From: Octopus sinensis
Lineage: Eukaryota
Direction of reading: 5' to 3'
DNA length: 49,586 bases
Assembly: GCF_006345805.1 (NCBI RefSeq)
Contig: NW_021834385.1
Coordinates: 1 to 49,586, forward strand
Shown here: positions 36,300-49,545 of the stretch, one piece after another
How the letters are laid out: every line of letters starts with the position of its first letter
How positions within the stretch are numbered: the stretch's first letter is position 1
Position numbers and translations under genes: made by a program
Notes under the pieces: generated by a model
Told to the model about the DNA's origin: nothing
Seen by the model: the letters and a program-made list of their open reading frames with translations, nothing else
Databases searched by the model: none

Positions 36300-37050
36300 T
36301 TTACAGAATCTGTGTTGCGGTTCTTAAAATTCTTTTATGATAATCTACATAACTGCATTAGGGATTTTTACCGAAACTTCATTTTGACTCTTACGAAACT
36401 TTTAGATCACCGAAAAGCCTTCATTGTGAAATTTAAAGAAAAGGAACTATATATTGTTCTTAAAAAAAAGTCAATATGATCCTCACAAAATGTTTTGGAC
36501 CCCTAAAAACCCCTATACTGCGAAATTGAAAGCAGTATATTGATTCTTGAAAAATCAATACGATCCCTACAAAATGTCTTAGACCCTTAAAAATTTCTGC
36601 ATTGCAAAATTTAAATCGAACTGTGTATTGATCCATAAAAGAATCAATATGATCCTTTAAAAATCTTTTAGACCCTTAAAAATCCCTCAATTTTGAAATT
36701 GAAAAAGAATTATTTTAACCCTTAATAAACCTTCTGATCCTTACAAAATGTTTGGGATGTTTAAAAATGTGAAATTAAAAAAACTATTGTAATTTGAGAC
36801 TTATAAAAATCTTTATTGTGAAATAAAAGAAAAAAGGAATAATATTTTGACTCTTGAAATTATTGTGATCCTTACAAAACATTTTGTCCCCTTAAAAATA
36901 CCTGCCCTGTGAAATTGAAAGCAAATATTCTATTTTGATCATGAAACAATCTTACAAAAAAAAAACCCCAAAAGGAAGTTAACGTTTTGACTCTAAAATG
37001 TCTTTGCGATCTTTACAAAACTTATGGGACCCCTAAATCACCTTTATTAT
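36300..37050. repeat. Degenerate ~85-bp tandem repeat, about 8 copies
   Basis: GATCC(T)TACAAAATG...GACCCTTAAAAAT...GAAATTGAAA recurs at 36478, 36562, 36651, 36736, 36867 and 37008. Confidence 0.75.
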
Positions 37051-37561
37051 GAGCCTACATTATGTTGTTTACAAGGACAACAATACTGAGCCCTTCACAA
37101 AATCAACTTCCTGTTGGCGGTAAATATAACTTTGAAGGCAAAAAAACGAAAACGAAAAGAAAAAGTCCGACGTTGAAAATGATCGATAAAAATCAATATT
37201 TACCTCGGATCGAACTGGTTTTAGTACAGATTCTAACTGCAGAGAACTCAGGCCTTTGAGGGTCGAGTATTCACGGAACTGTTTATACGACAGATGATAC
37301 ACAGGTGAAAGACAATCGATTTCGACCACATCATACACAACAACCACAAAACCGCGAGCCTTGAAAAGAATACAAAAATAAAAAATAAAAAAGAAAGGAA
37401 AAATAAAAGAGAAATTGCATTTCGTCAACTTTTTCGAAAGGTGAGAATTTGAATGGCTTCGATTCACAGTTAAAACTATTTACTTTAGATTCGAAGACAA
37501 TAATTTCGAGAGAGTCGTTGCCACGTGAATATCACATCGTTTCATTCTTTGGTAAAACAAA

Positions 37562-37720
37562 GGCGGCACGCTGGCAGAATCGTTAGCGCGCTGGTCGAAA
37601 AGCTTAGTAGTATGTCATTCGTCGTTACGTTCTGAGTTCAAATTCCGCCGAGGTCGACTTTGCCTTTCATCTTTTCGGGGGTCGATAAATTAAGTACCAG
37701 TTGTGTACTGGGGGCGATCT
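37562..37720 (+). mobile_element. SINE family 1, head and central domain
   Basis: GGCGGCACGCTGGCAGAATCGTTAGC...GAGTTCAAATTCCGCCGAGGTCGAC. Confidence 0.8.
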
Positions 37721-37920
37721 TTTCACCACTCCGCGGTCCATAAAAAGAGAGACTGGTCAAGTACTAGAGTCAGACGAACCCCCACCGCACTCTAAAATTG
37801 CTGTCTTTGTGTCTAATTCTGTCTGTCTGTGTGTATTGAAAATAACTCTACAAATAGTAAATAAAAGTTTCAAAGGGTTGGTGCTATGGATCTTCGAGTT
37901 ACTCTATCTTTTCTTCTTGT

Positions 37921-38500
37921 TGAGTGAGAGCAGCACACCCCATCAAAGTAACGCTGGGGTACAAAGCCCTGTAGATCCACCACGACTACCCGTCCGTGAC
38001 GCTGGTGTATAAACACACAAAGCCCAATATATCCATCATGACTAACCGTCTGATAAGGGTACACCAGGCACATGCATCGTAACCATATGTGCGCAATAAT
38101 GTCACGTCATATCAAGATAAACAATGCATGACCTTGCAGATGGGGCCCCGTTAGAATTTACTGCAGATCGAGTAGCTTATCCCGCTCAAAAGGTCCTTGA
38201 ATAAGAGTTGTTTATGGATGATGAACGAAACACCTGTTTCCTGAGGTGAATTGTTCAAACCAAAGAATTCCTTTCAACACATGGCTATGATGCTCCCCCA
38301 CTCCTGCTCTTGGTCAGAGATACACATATCGTTAGCCACCAACGGACATTCTCAACTATTTATGGTCAAGCAACTGAAAGCCAATCTGCGGTATTGAGCA
38401 GAATATTTGCTGTAGCTCATCTCTTACAATACGACAAAACATTTACATGTTAACATTTCCAATCAGTTAAGACCAGAAGCCATGAGAGCCACTGCCAGGT
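37921..38500 (-). mobile_element. ~545-bp non-coding element, older inverted copy C
   Basis: The reverse complement matches copies A/B (GAGTGAGAGCAGC...GAAGCCATGAGAGCCACTG), with more divergence and a small insertion. Confidence 0.75.
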
Positions 38501-38503
38501 GTT

Positions 38504-38712
38504 GCGAGCTGGCAGAATCATTAAGACTCCGGGCGAAATGCTTAGCAGTATTTCGTCTGCTGCTACGTTCTGGGTTCAAATTCTGCCGAGGTCGACTTTA
38601 CCTTTCATCCTTTCGGGGCTGATAAAATTAGTACCAGTTACGCATTAGGGTCGATCTAATCGACTTAATCCCGTCTCCAAAAATTTGAAGCCTTGCGCTT
38701 CCAGTAGAAAGG
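38504..38712 (+). mobile_element. SINE family 1 (tail B) followed by (ATT)n/(GTT)n; a further head fragment lies at 38792-38860
   Basis: GCGAGCTGGCAG...CCAGTAGAAAGG, then ATTATT repeats. Confidence 0.8.
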
Positions 38713-38779
<67 letters not shown>

Positions 38780-39254
38780 CTATTATTATTAAGGCAGCGA
38801 GCTGGCAGAATGGTTAGCGCGCCGGACGAAAATGTTTAGCGGTATTTCTCCCGTTGCCACATGATTGGAGTATTTTTGATTGAAAGAAGCGACTGCTCAG
38901 GTGCAGGAGCCTGTTGCTAGAAATAGTAGTCAAATCTGTTTCATATAACATACCCTAGTCTTAAAATGTGGACAAATTAATTCGATAATGTGGCCCTAGA
39001 TGTACCATGACCGAAAACAAGCAGGACCACGTTTTGCAGCTTTTTTTTAATGTTAAATCATTAATAGTTTAAAAAGTTTTTGTCGAATAAAAAAAAAAAA
39101 AATTATCACTCATCTGAATCAAATATCGAACTCCGTTCGTCTAACTAACAAACTAATTAAATTATCCACACATGCGCTAATTTACTCAACCTGGAGGATC
39201 ACAACAGCTCTGATTGTTTCATTGTGATTTATTCAATAAAAATACGACAGGAGG

Positions 39255-39590
39255 GTCATGTCTAGAATGTCTTTGATTATAGATCTTTGTGTTGGATCAG
39301 AGCTACCTGAAGTTAAACAACGACAGATTGAATAGTGTAGTTACAGCAGGGAAGTCTTTGATCATAGGACTGTCTTCCGGATCAGGGCTAACCTGGGGCT
39401 AAATGGCAATATCTAATTAAAGAGCACTCTCACAACTGAAAGGAGCATCTTTGATCATGGGGCTGTCTACGGGATCAAAGATAACCCGTGGCTAAACAAC
39501 AACAGTAGCAATAACAGGTTAGGTATTGGAGGCAAAGGGGAAACCCTTTTTGATCACAGGTCTGCAAGATCTGGGCTTGAATTGGTGGGT
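39255..39590. repeat. Degenerate ~90-bp tandem repeat, 4 copies
   Basis: CTTTGATCATAGG...GATCAGGGCT...GCTAAA at ~39271, 39356, 39449 and 39549. Confidence 0.65.
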
Positions 39591-40039
39591 GGGAGGCACG
39601 ACAAAATTAACAACATCAAGAACGCATACACAAAATACCTAGTAATTTTTTTATTTTTTACCAAACTAACGGTTATTTTATTTGTTTCTAACGAAAAAAC
39701 AAAATCAATAAATATTTAAAAGGTTTATATCGAACAAAAACAATCAACCAATCGTCGAAACGAAATACCGAACTCACTTCTTCCAAATTTCCCCGTCCCA
39801 CAGCCACGCCGCTCACAAACTAATGGCAATCCATGATTCGATAGAGTTTCATTGTTTTATCATGGCGTTTCTTTATACTTTCCAATATGGCGTCTGAGTG
39901 GTTTCGCTCGATGTTTTTCCTATTAACTATGCTTGATATTTCATACACATTTCACGGATCGTTGCCCACATGATCGAGACTGCAACGTTGCGAAATAGAT
40001 ACGTTATCTTGTTACTGGTTTTTGCCGTGTGTGGAAGTG

Positions 40040-40050
40040 CACACCCACCC

Positions 40051-40088
<38 letters not shown>

Positions 40089-40400
40089 ACACACACACAC
40101 ACAGACACACACACACACACACACACACACACCACGCATCTTATTTGAGTGTATGTGTATGTGTGTATATATATCATATTTGTGTATGTATATACGTACA
40201 TTTATATAGATATGTGTGTATGTGTACGTACAATATGATTGTACACACACACACACACACAGACACACACACACACACACACCACACACACACACGCATC
40301 TTATTTGAGTGTATGTGTGTACATATATCATATTTGTGTATGTACATTTGTGTACGTACATTTATATAGATATGTGTGTATGTGTACGTACAATATGGTT
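40040..40400. repeat. Tandem duplication of a ~165-bp CA/TA-rich unit
   Basis: CACGCATCTTATTTGAGTGTATG...CGTACATTTATATAGATATGTGTGTATGTGTACGTACAATATG occurs twice. Confidence 0.85.
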
Positions 40401-41027
40401 GTCTGTGCTTGCATTTATTTGTGTGCATTTGTCAGCGTGGGTGTTGTTCTGTGTATCTTCCCCCTCCCTCCCTCCCTTTCTCGCGTTTATGTGTCAGGGA
40501 AAATGAGGTTTCGTCTTTTGTTTTTATTCGTCAGTTTTTATGTTGTTTTTTTTTGTCAATTTTTACGCCATATTTTTTGTTTTTATCAAATTTCTATCCG
40601 TTCTACTCGCTCTCCCTCACATCATCGCCATATCTCTCCGCTCTCTCTCCTTTACACACACACACACACACGCACACATACGCACACGCACACACACACA
40701 TTCTCTCTCTCTCACACACACGTATATTTATGTAGACTTACGTGTACGTAGGCTGTGTGTATATGTGCTAGTCTGTTCATGTTCATTTGTGTGTGTGTGT
40801 GTGTGGTGATATGTGCATGCGCGTATGTGTGTGTATGTGTACGTACATGTGTGTACATGTGTCTCCATGTATGTGTGTACGTGTGTGTATGTGTGTACGT
40901 GTGTAATTGATGTGTGTGTGTATGGTGATGTGTAGATGCGCGTATGTGTGTGTATGTGTACGTGCATGTGTGTACGTGTACGTGTGCATGTATGCATGTA
41001 TGTGTGTATGTATGTGTGTGTGTGTAT

Positions 41028-41059
<32 letters not shown>

Positions 41060-41139
41060 TGCTCTATTGTTCCGTTTCATTATTTGAATGTTTTAAGTTT
41101 CTTTCTATTAACGTTCCTTCCTTTTTTCAAAGAGAAACC

Positions 41140-41198
<59 letters not shown>

Positions 41199-41860
41199 GG
41201 GATGAGGCAGGAAAAAAGAGGAAAGCAAAAGGAAATAAATATGAAGAAGAGGAAATGAAGAAAAGAAAGAAGGAGAGCAGGATGAACGATCGAAGGGGGA
41301 TAGTGCGAGGAAGGACGAGGAGGAGGAAAGATAACTTTCTCTTCTTCTTCTTGTTCTTCTTCTTCTTCGGCGGTATCGAAAGATTCTATTTGGATAGAAT
41401 AGGCAATAACGATATCTCTGTGATATTATAATTGCTCGTCTCAGCGTATCCGTGGGGATGCGTCTGCGCGTGGATGTGTGCGCACTCGTATGCAGGTGCG
41501 TGTACGCGCGCGGGACTTGCACGACTTCCTGCCTGTGCGTCCATGTGTCTTCCTGCATGTTGTTGCACAGTGGAAATGCACTAACAGAGTGCAGCCCTTG
41601 CGAAAATACTATGCATCGAGAAATGCATAGCTATATCATATATATATGTGAGTGTGTGTGTGTGTGTGTGTTAGTGTGTGGGTGTGTGTGTATGTGTATG
41701 TGTATGTATGTGTATATACATATATGCAGATGTGTGTGTGTTAATGGGACACTATTAATGAGTGACGATGTGTGTTTGCAGAGGACATGCAATGCTATTT
41801 TATACAAAGCAATATATACAATGCACCAGCTAGAAACTTGCACACAGATTCATATATTCG

Positions 41861-41932
<72 letters not shown>

Positions 41933-41999
41933 GAAACGCATGCACACGCATATATATATGCATGAATGTACAACTTCGTCCATCTATCATCTCTGTCTG

Positions 42000-42067
<68 letters not shown>

Positions 42068-43651
42068 CCTATATATATCTACATACACGTATAGACATAC
42101 ACACACACACTCACACACATACACATACACACACTCACACATAGGTGCATATACGCATATCCAAATGTTTGCGTGTTTCTGTGTGTGTTTGTGGGTGCGA
42201 ATGTATGTTTTATGCTTGCGTTCGTGTGTTTATTTGTGTGTGTGTGAGTACATGTGTGTGTATGTATGTGTGTGTGTGAGCACATGTGTGTGTACTCGTG
42301 TGAAAAGTGACTTGCCCACAGACCACGTGTTGAAAAGAAACCAATGACATCACGGGAGATTCCATTTTGTTTATTTACAAAGCAAAGCTTAAGATAATCA
42401 CTTTTCATTAATTTCTGAATAGTACTGTGTATTATGAAGTGCCAAAAGGCTTCATCGCACTCCCCCGATCTAATTTTTCACACACTTCCACACAAATCTG
42501 TTAAGGACCTGGGACTTTGGGACTTTTCCTTTCCTAATGCTTTTAAATTAACCCCTCTTTCGTTTCTCGTTTTTATTACGGAATTGCTAATATTAATTTA
42601 GTTTAGGAAACATTTCCCTTATATTGTACATCACATGATCAACCAGACTATCGGATGTTGTTATACATCGCTGGTCACAATGCGCTTCGAATAATGCCAC
42701 ATTGCTGGCTAGATGAGCAGGCCAACATCACCGCCTGATTCCGATGGCTACTTCATTGTATGGATTACCAATTTGCTGCTGAAGGGACTTGGCCAACGGA
42801 AAATGAAGTGTCTTGTCCAAGAACAGAACGCGTCGCTCTGTTCAGAAATCGAAACCGCTATCTCACGATTCATGAATGCAAGACGCCTAACCATTTGTCC
42901 ACGCGCCTACATATATCTTCAGAACTATGTTTCATTTTCAAGCGTGTGTTTGGGTGTGTGTGGGGTGGGTGGGGGAGGGAGGGAGTGAAAAGGCGAATTT
43001 TCCTCATTATGCAAAATCTGGAACGAAATATAAATATATAAATATAAAATCCGCACACGCAATTGGAATTTCTATAGAATAGCCGAGATCTTGATCTAAA
43101 TATACCGACCAATTTATGTTCTTCCAGACTACAGGAATATTACAATAACATTGTATTCCATAAATGCCAAGCGTACGATATACAGGAATATAATTACACG
43201 GTGTGTACGCTATAATGCCGAGCGTAACTACACCAAGTTGTCATTTCATCGAAAGACCAGCAAATTATTACTCAATATGGCGAAGGAAATAAATGTGAAC
43301 GGGAAAGGTAAGTAAAGGAAAGTTGAAAGTAATACAATCAGATTTTAATAATATTTGTATAATTCAATAACAACCATGTAGGTATAATAGACTATTGCAT
43401 GAATGCTGATATACATGTGTACATATATATATATACATATACATACATGCACGCAAAGATACACGAATACACACACACACATACACACACACATGTATAT
43501 ATATGCATATTTAAATACATATGTATGTGTATGTATATATACATAAATATATTTATGTATATATGTATATATGTACAAGTATATGTGTATATATGTATAT
43601 GTATATATGTATATTTATATATATACATATGTATATGTATATACGTATGCG

Positions 43652-43684
<33 letters not shown>

Positions 43685-43742
43685 GTATATATGTATATAT
43701 GTATGTATATGTATATATGTATACGTATATATATGTGTATGT

Positions 43743-43785
<43 letters not shown>

Positions 43786-43936
43786 AGAGAAGGGAGGCAG
43801 TCAAGATTGGATAAGGGCTATTTATTTAACGCTAAATAAGCAGTTTCTATCCAAATGCTGACTCCTATTTCCTTATATCTCTCTATCTTATAAACACTTG
43901 TAAACGAAATAGCAGTGCGTGGCATTCCATTAAATG

Positions 43937-43970
<34 letters not shown>

Positions 43971-44004
43971 GGGGAGCGAGAGAGGGAGGGAGGACTCCCT
44001 ACGG

Positions 44005-44324
44005 TTATGAATGGCCGTGGGATTGCACCTAGAAAATTCCTCTCTGTGGCACAAGTCTGGGCAAAATTGTTTATGGTAGACCAGCAGTAGTTGCCCATGC
44101 ATACCAGCATCCCCTCTCCAGCCACTGATGTTATCCAAGGGAAAGGCAAAGGGGCCGATACAGCTTGGCACCAGTGACGTCGCAACTCATTTCTACAGCT
44201 GAGTGAATTGGAGCAACGTGAAATAAAGTGTCTTGCTCAAGAACACAACACATGACCTAGTCCGGGAATCGAATGCGGTACCTCACTATTGTGGGCCCGA
44301 TGCTCTAACCACTGAGCCATGCGC
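44005..44324 (-). mobile_element. tRNA-derived SINE family 3; head fragments also at 420-495, 835-1051, 10240-10352 and 42750-42910 (all minus strand)
   Basis: Minus strand reads GCATGGCTCAGTGGTTAGAGC...TTCGATTCCC...GTGTTCTTGAGCAAGACACTT. The other copies share the head and the TTGAGCAAGACAC-like motif. Confidence 0.75.
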
Positions 44325-44425
44325 ACAAGTTAAAAAGCATATATAATAAATGCACAAGCGAGAAACAGACACAGGAGGTCACCAAATCGTCATCAGTCAT
44401 CGGGTAGAGGGTCAAACGCAAAATA

Positions 44426-44589
44426 GGAGTGGCTGTGTGGTAAGTAGCTTGCTTACCAACCACATAGTTCCGGGTTCAGTCCCAATGCGTGGCACCTTGG
44501 GCAAATGTCTTCTACCATAGCCTCGGGCTGACCAAAGCCTTGTGAGTGGGTTTGGTAGACGGAAACTGAAAGAAGCCCGTCGTATATAT

Positions 44590-44623
<34 letters not shown>

Positions 44624-44832
44624 ATCTATGTTTCTGTATCTGTGTTTGTCCCCCAACATCGCTTGCCAACCGATGGTGGTGTGTTTACGTAACTTAGCGG
44701 TTCGGCAAAAGAGACCGATAGAATAAGTACTGGGCTTACAAAGAATAAATCATGGGGTCGATTTGCTCGACTAAAGGCGGTCTTCCAGTATGACCGCAGT
44801 CAAAAGACTGAAACAAATAACAGAGTAAAAGA

Positions 44833-44834
<2 letters not shown>
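44426..44834 (+). mobile_element. tRNA-derived CORE-like SINE family 2 with internal (TA)n; a second 3' half lies at ~44905-45120
   Basis: A box TGGCTGTGTGG, B box GGTTCAGTCCC, CORE-like CACCTTGGGCAA, tail GGCGG...ATGACCGCAGTCAAAAGACTGAAAC. Confidence 0.8.
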
Positions 44835-44889
<55 letters not shown>

Positions 44890-46218
44890 CTGTGTGTGTG
44901 CATGTTTGGGTCTGTGGTTGACCCCCACCATCGCTTGTCAACAGGCGTAGGGATGTTTACGTTCCCGTAGCCTAGCAGTTCGGCTAAAGAAACTGATAGA
45001 GTAAGTACTAGCCTTAAAAAAAATCTATGTACAAGTTTAGATTTGTTCCAGTACAGTTATCCAAAGGCGGTGCCCCAGCTTGGTCGCTGTCTAATGACCG
45101 AAGGAAGTAAAAGAGAAAAGAGGAAAGAATCTTCATCGACGTCTGTTGCCATTTGCTTTGTTCGCAGCAGACTCTTTTTCGCTGTTTCTTGCCGAGGAAT
45201 TTGTGTGGAACCAAAAACAGCTGAAGAAAGCGCCATAGAAGACATTCACGAGAACTGAGACCAGGTGTAAATTGCTGCTGTTGACAAGAGGCCCTCAGAG
45301 GGGAATTTTTATTTGGGAAAGAGCTAATTCAGTTTTCGTTGTTCCACGTAAGGGGATCGTACAGGCCAAGGGTCGAGGCACTTTTGACTCTGAGATACTT
45401 TCTGAACACACGGGATCGCTTCAAAAGAACGCTCTTCTCCGTCGTGTTGTTGCAGTTCGTAAAGTTAGTTTTTGAAATTCAAATTAATATTTCTAACATG
45501 GCTCTTGTTAATGTAAGTGCTTAAACTTGAATCTCTCTCTCTTTCCTTCTCTTTCCTTCTGTTGCTCTCTCTCTCTCCTTCTCTCTTTCTCCGTTATTTT
45601 CATGTCATTATAAAAATGTCTTTCGTTTGAAAACAATTTTAGTGTGTATTTGTTGTAGCCATTAATATTGCTGTTACCACAACGGTAGTGACTACCTCTT
45701 CTCGCTACCTCCCACGTTTTTATCTGAGTCACCGACAACGACACAAATAAATGGATGCTCGTCAAAGATATATACACCACAGGTTGTAAAATATGTCTGA
45801 AGACAAGCATTTCTTCAATGTAAGAGTAGACCACCCCCACCACGCCCCGACGGGCTGGGTAATGAGGGTGGTAACCGAAAAGTGTGGTTAATAAGGGTAG
45901 ATCCTCAGATAATCTGAAGGAATATATTTTTGCGTTAGGTAATCCGGATACATATTAATTTGTTGGTGGGGGTCTATCTCGGAATCGCCCGTTCTCTTTT
46001 CACATACACCGACTCTACCTCCATCACCATCACCCCCACCCCACCACCGCCACTACCAATAATAATAATAATAATAATAGTAATAATAACGACAACGATG
46101 ACAAATTCTAGATAACTACAAATGATGCAAATGAAAAAAAGAGAGAAAATTCACAATAATAACATCAGTAATAATAATAATATAGATTATGATGATTATG
46201 ATTATGATGATGATAATA

Positions 46219-46274
<56 letters not shown>

Positions 46275-46584
46275 TAACAATACTAATAATGATATTAATA
46301 TTGATAATAACAGATGACGATCATGATGATGATTATGTCATCCAATTAAAAGCTTGTACATTCGAAGAAGAAATGTGAAAAACAAAAAAAAAAACAAAAA
46401 CAAAACACAGAACCAAAAGTAACACAAACAAAAGAAGCAACAACAACAACAACAAAACAAACAACAACGTAAAATCCGAACATGCGGCCATATTTTTTTT
46501 TCCCAGCAGCCGTTGCTGACAACATGGCGAACGGGAATATTTATGACAAGTTTAGCATTTTTTAATGTTATCTGTTATCAATTT

Positions 46585-46825
<241 letters not shown>

Positions 46826-47265
46826 GTTGTTGTTGTTGTTTACAAAAATTCAGTCTTCTTTTTTTTGATTTGCACAAGTTATCTTGATATCGTGATTGTT
46901 GTCGTTGTTTGTGCTGTTGTTGTTGTTGTTGTTGTCTCTGTTTTTGTTGTTTCGACGTTTCTTTGATAAATTTCGATGTTCCTAGCAAATGTTTTTCGTT
47001 CCAACGCGCCGTGTATACGTCTGTATGTGTTAGCATACATAGCTGTGTGTGTGTGTGTGTGTGTGTATGAGTGAGTGCCCGTGCGTGCGAGTCGGCGTAT
47101 CTTCGTATGCACATGCGTGTATGTGCATATCTAGCTGTAAGTGTGTGTATGTGTGACTTGTGTTTACTTGTATGCATTTATGAATATATAAGTATATAGG
47201 TATGTATGTATGTATAGGTATGAATTATGATTATGTTTGTAAGTAGGTGTTTGTGCATTACATAA

Positions 47266-47308
<43 letters not shown>

Positions 47309-47477
47309 ATATACAACACACGTATATATATATACATATATATACCATACATCCGTACTTATACACATATATTATATATCCGTACTTACGTAGGTGTGTA
47401 TATATGTGTGTGTGTACTTGTTTCTGCCTATGTGTGTGTGTCGTCCAGATTATAGATGATATCTATCTATCTACCTA

Positions 47478-47528
<51 letters not shown>

Positions 47529-47597
47529 TTGCATATACTTATACATATACATATATATGTATACATGCGTGTGTGTGTGTGTGTGTGTTGTGTGTGT

Positions 47598-47632
<35 letters not shown>

Positions 47633-47970
47633 GGAAAATGTCGGGTGAGCGTGCTAAGTGTGATACAGACCATTATCAAAAACCCTGAATCTCTTCATGA
47701 AAAAGATTCTTTTCTTTTTCTAATTTCCTCTTCTTTATTTCTGTGCGCATGCGTAGCCTATATTCGTGTGGGTGCTGATGCGCGTCTTCCCCCCCTCTCT
47801 CTCTCTGTATAGGTTTGCTTTATGCGGTTGAGTGTGTTCATGCTTAATTATTTTGAATCTATTTGTGTGCAAGTTTATGATTTGAATATTCATAACTCGG
47901 TTATCCTGTTTGTCCACCACGAATCTCTCTCTCTCTCCCCCTCTCTCTCCTTCTATCTATCTATCCACCC

Positions 47971-48070
<100 letters not shown>

Positions 48071-48319
48071 ATCTATCTTTCTTTCTATGTATGTATCTAT
48101 CTATCTTTCTTTCTGTCTGTCTGTCTGTCTGTGTGTGTATATGTGTGTGCGTATGCGTCTGTCTGTCTGTCTCCCTCTCTATCTTACGGTTAAACTCGTC
48201 AAATTTACACAGCTTAAAGCATGGCAACTTTGCAAATAACTCTCAACCTAATCTCTCTTAATCTGCACACACACACACACACACCACACACACACACACA
48301 TACACACACACACACAACA

Positions 48320-49545
48320 TTTAGGGCCTTTATCCTCTCTATCCGACCCTACTATCACCAAACTTGAACGCATGCTCTTCCGCTTTTTGTGGAAAGAAAG
48401 CGTTGCGATGGTTAGGCGATCCATTTGCTGTCAGCACCCGCTAAATGGAGGGCTGGGCATGCCGAGGTTGATGATGCGCAGACATGCGCTGAGACTGCGA
48501 CATCTCCTGCACTTCGTAGACGACAGTGAACAGGTGTGGTCGCCGTTTGTGCGACGCGCTCTCCGGCAGCTCGTCTCCTTGGCCGAACTGCAGTCGTGGA
48601 TCAAAACAGAGACCGAGGCTAGGCGAATGGCACCGCGAGTGTCGCGTTGCTCTCAAGCAACTCTGCCGTCCGGGACCAAACTTGTGCGACTTCAATACCA
48701 CGAAGGCGTTCTATAGCGGATTAGTGGAGGGGAGGTGCGACGACGCTCTCGGGCAGAATCTGGGCGCCGACTAAGAACGCCTGAACCGCCTGTTCAGGAC
48801 AACTTTCTGGCAGGAGCCTATGGAAAATCACTAGTGGTCCCTGGCTTGGCAGTGCTATCGGAAAGCTCAACAGGTACTGTTCGAGATACACCGGACCAAC
48901 TCGCCCGAGATGCGGTCAGAGCAACGAAACCGTTCTGCATGCACTCGTGCAGTGTCGGCGACGAATTCGGTTGTCGGCCGAGTCTATCGTGAAAACTGCC
49001 CCGCCACCTTCACTTAACCGGTAAGGCAAGGCAGTTTTCATCGCACTGGTGGCCATGGTGAAAGAATGTGTGTGGTGGACTCGAGCGAAAGGATTAGCGA
49101 CAAACACTTACGTCTCTGGCCAATCGCTCTTCAACTTTTTCAAGTACCACTTGAAAAGGAAGGTGAGAATGGAGAGGCAGGTTTTGTCTTGTGAAAGCTT
49201 CAATAAAAGGTGGGTGAATGTAGCAAAGATGGTGCGTGCGAGCGACGAAACCACTTTGAGTATGATCCTGTAAATCGAAAAAGAGAGAGGGAGCGGTTTG
49301 CTCTCATGTGTTTTTCCCTGCCTGCCGGAGGCCACCGTGGTCTTTTCCGTAGGATTTTCCTTCCACAAATAAACCTAATCTGTTGTTTTACATTTTTTCT
49401 CTGTTCTGTGATACACGATCCCATTTGATCGGATTTTTTTCATCCATCTTTTTCTATTTTCCTCTTTTTTTCTTTCGAAAAGAAAAGGTCAACACTGTAT
49501 TTGTCTCTCTCTGCGTTCGGCTCTGTGTGGCTAATAAAGAAATAC
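48320..49545 (+). mobile_element. 5'-truncated Tx1/L1-clade LINE (ORF2 C-terminus and 3' UTR)
   Basis: KLERMLFRFLW...RRSICCQHPLNGGLGMP, the CCHC motif RCGQSNETVLHALVQC (~48908-48955) and ...FNKRWVNVAKM. It is frameshifted, stops at 49273, has AATAAA at 49533 and is followed by (TCTA)n. Confidence 0.8.

Noticed and set aside
42962-42984. G-quadruplex motif (also 729-747)
   Set aside because: The pattern fits, but such motifs are common and nothing links them to a feature here.
44250-44324. tRNA gene (also the heads at 420-495, 970-1051 and 42830-42910)
   Set aside because: A/B boxes are present, but there is no complete cloverleaf or acceptor stem and the sequence continues into SINE body.
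45100-45490. Non-repetitive stretch as a downstream Kv exon or transposase
   Set aside because: No S1-S6, GYG pore or transposase motif appears in the frames I read, and several contain stops.
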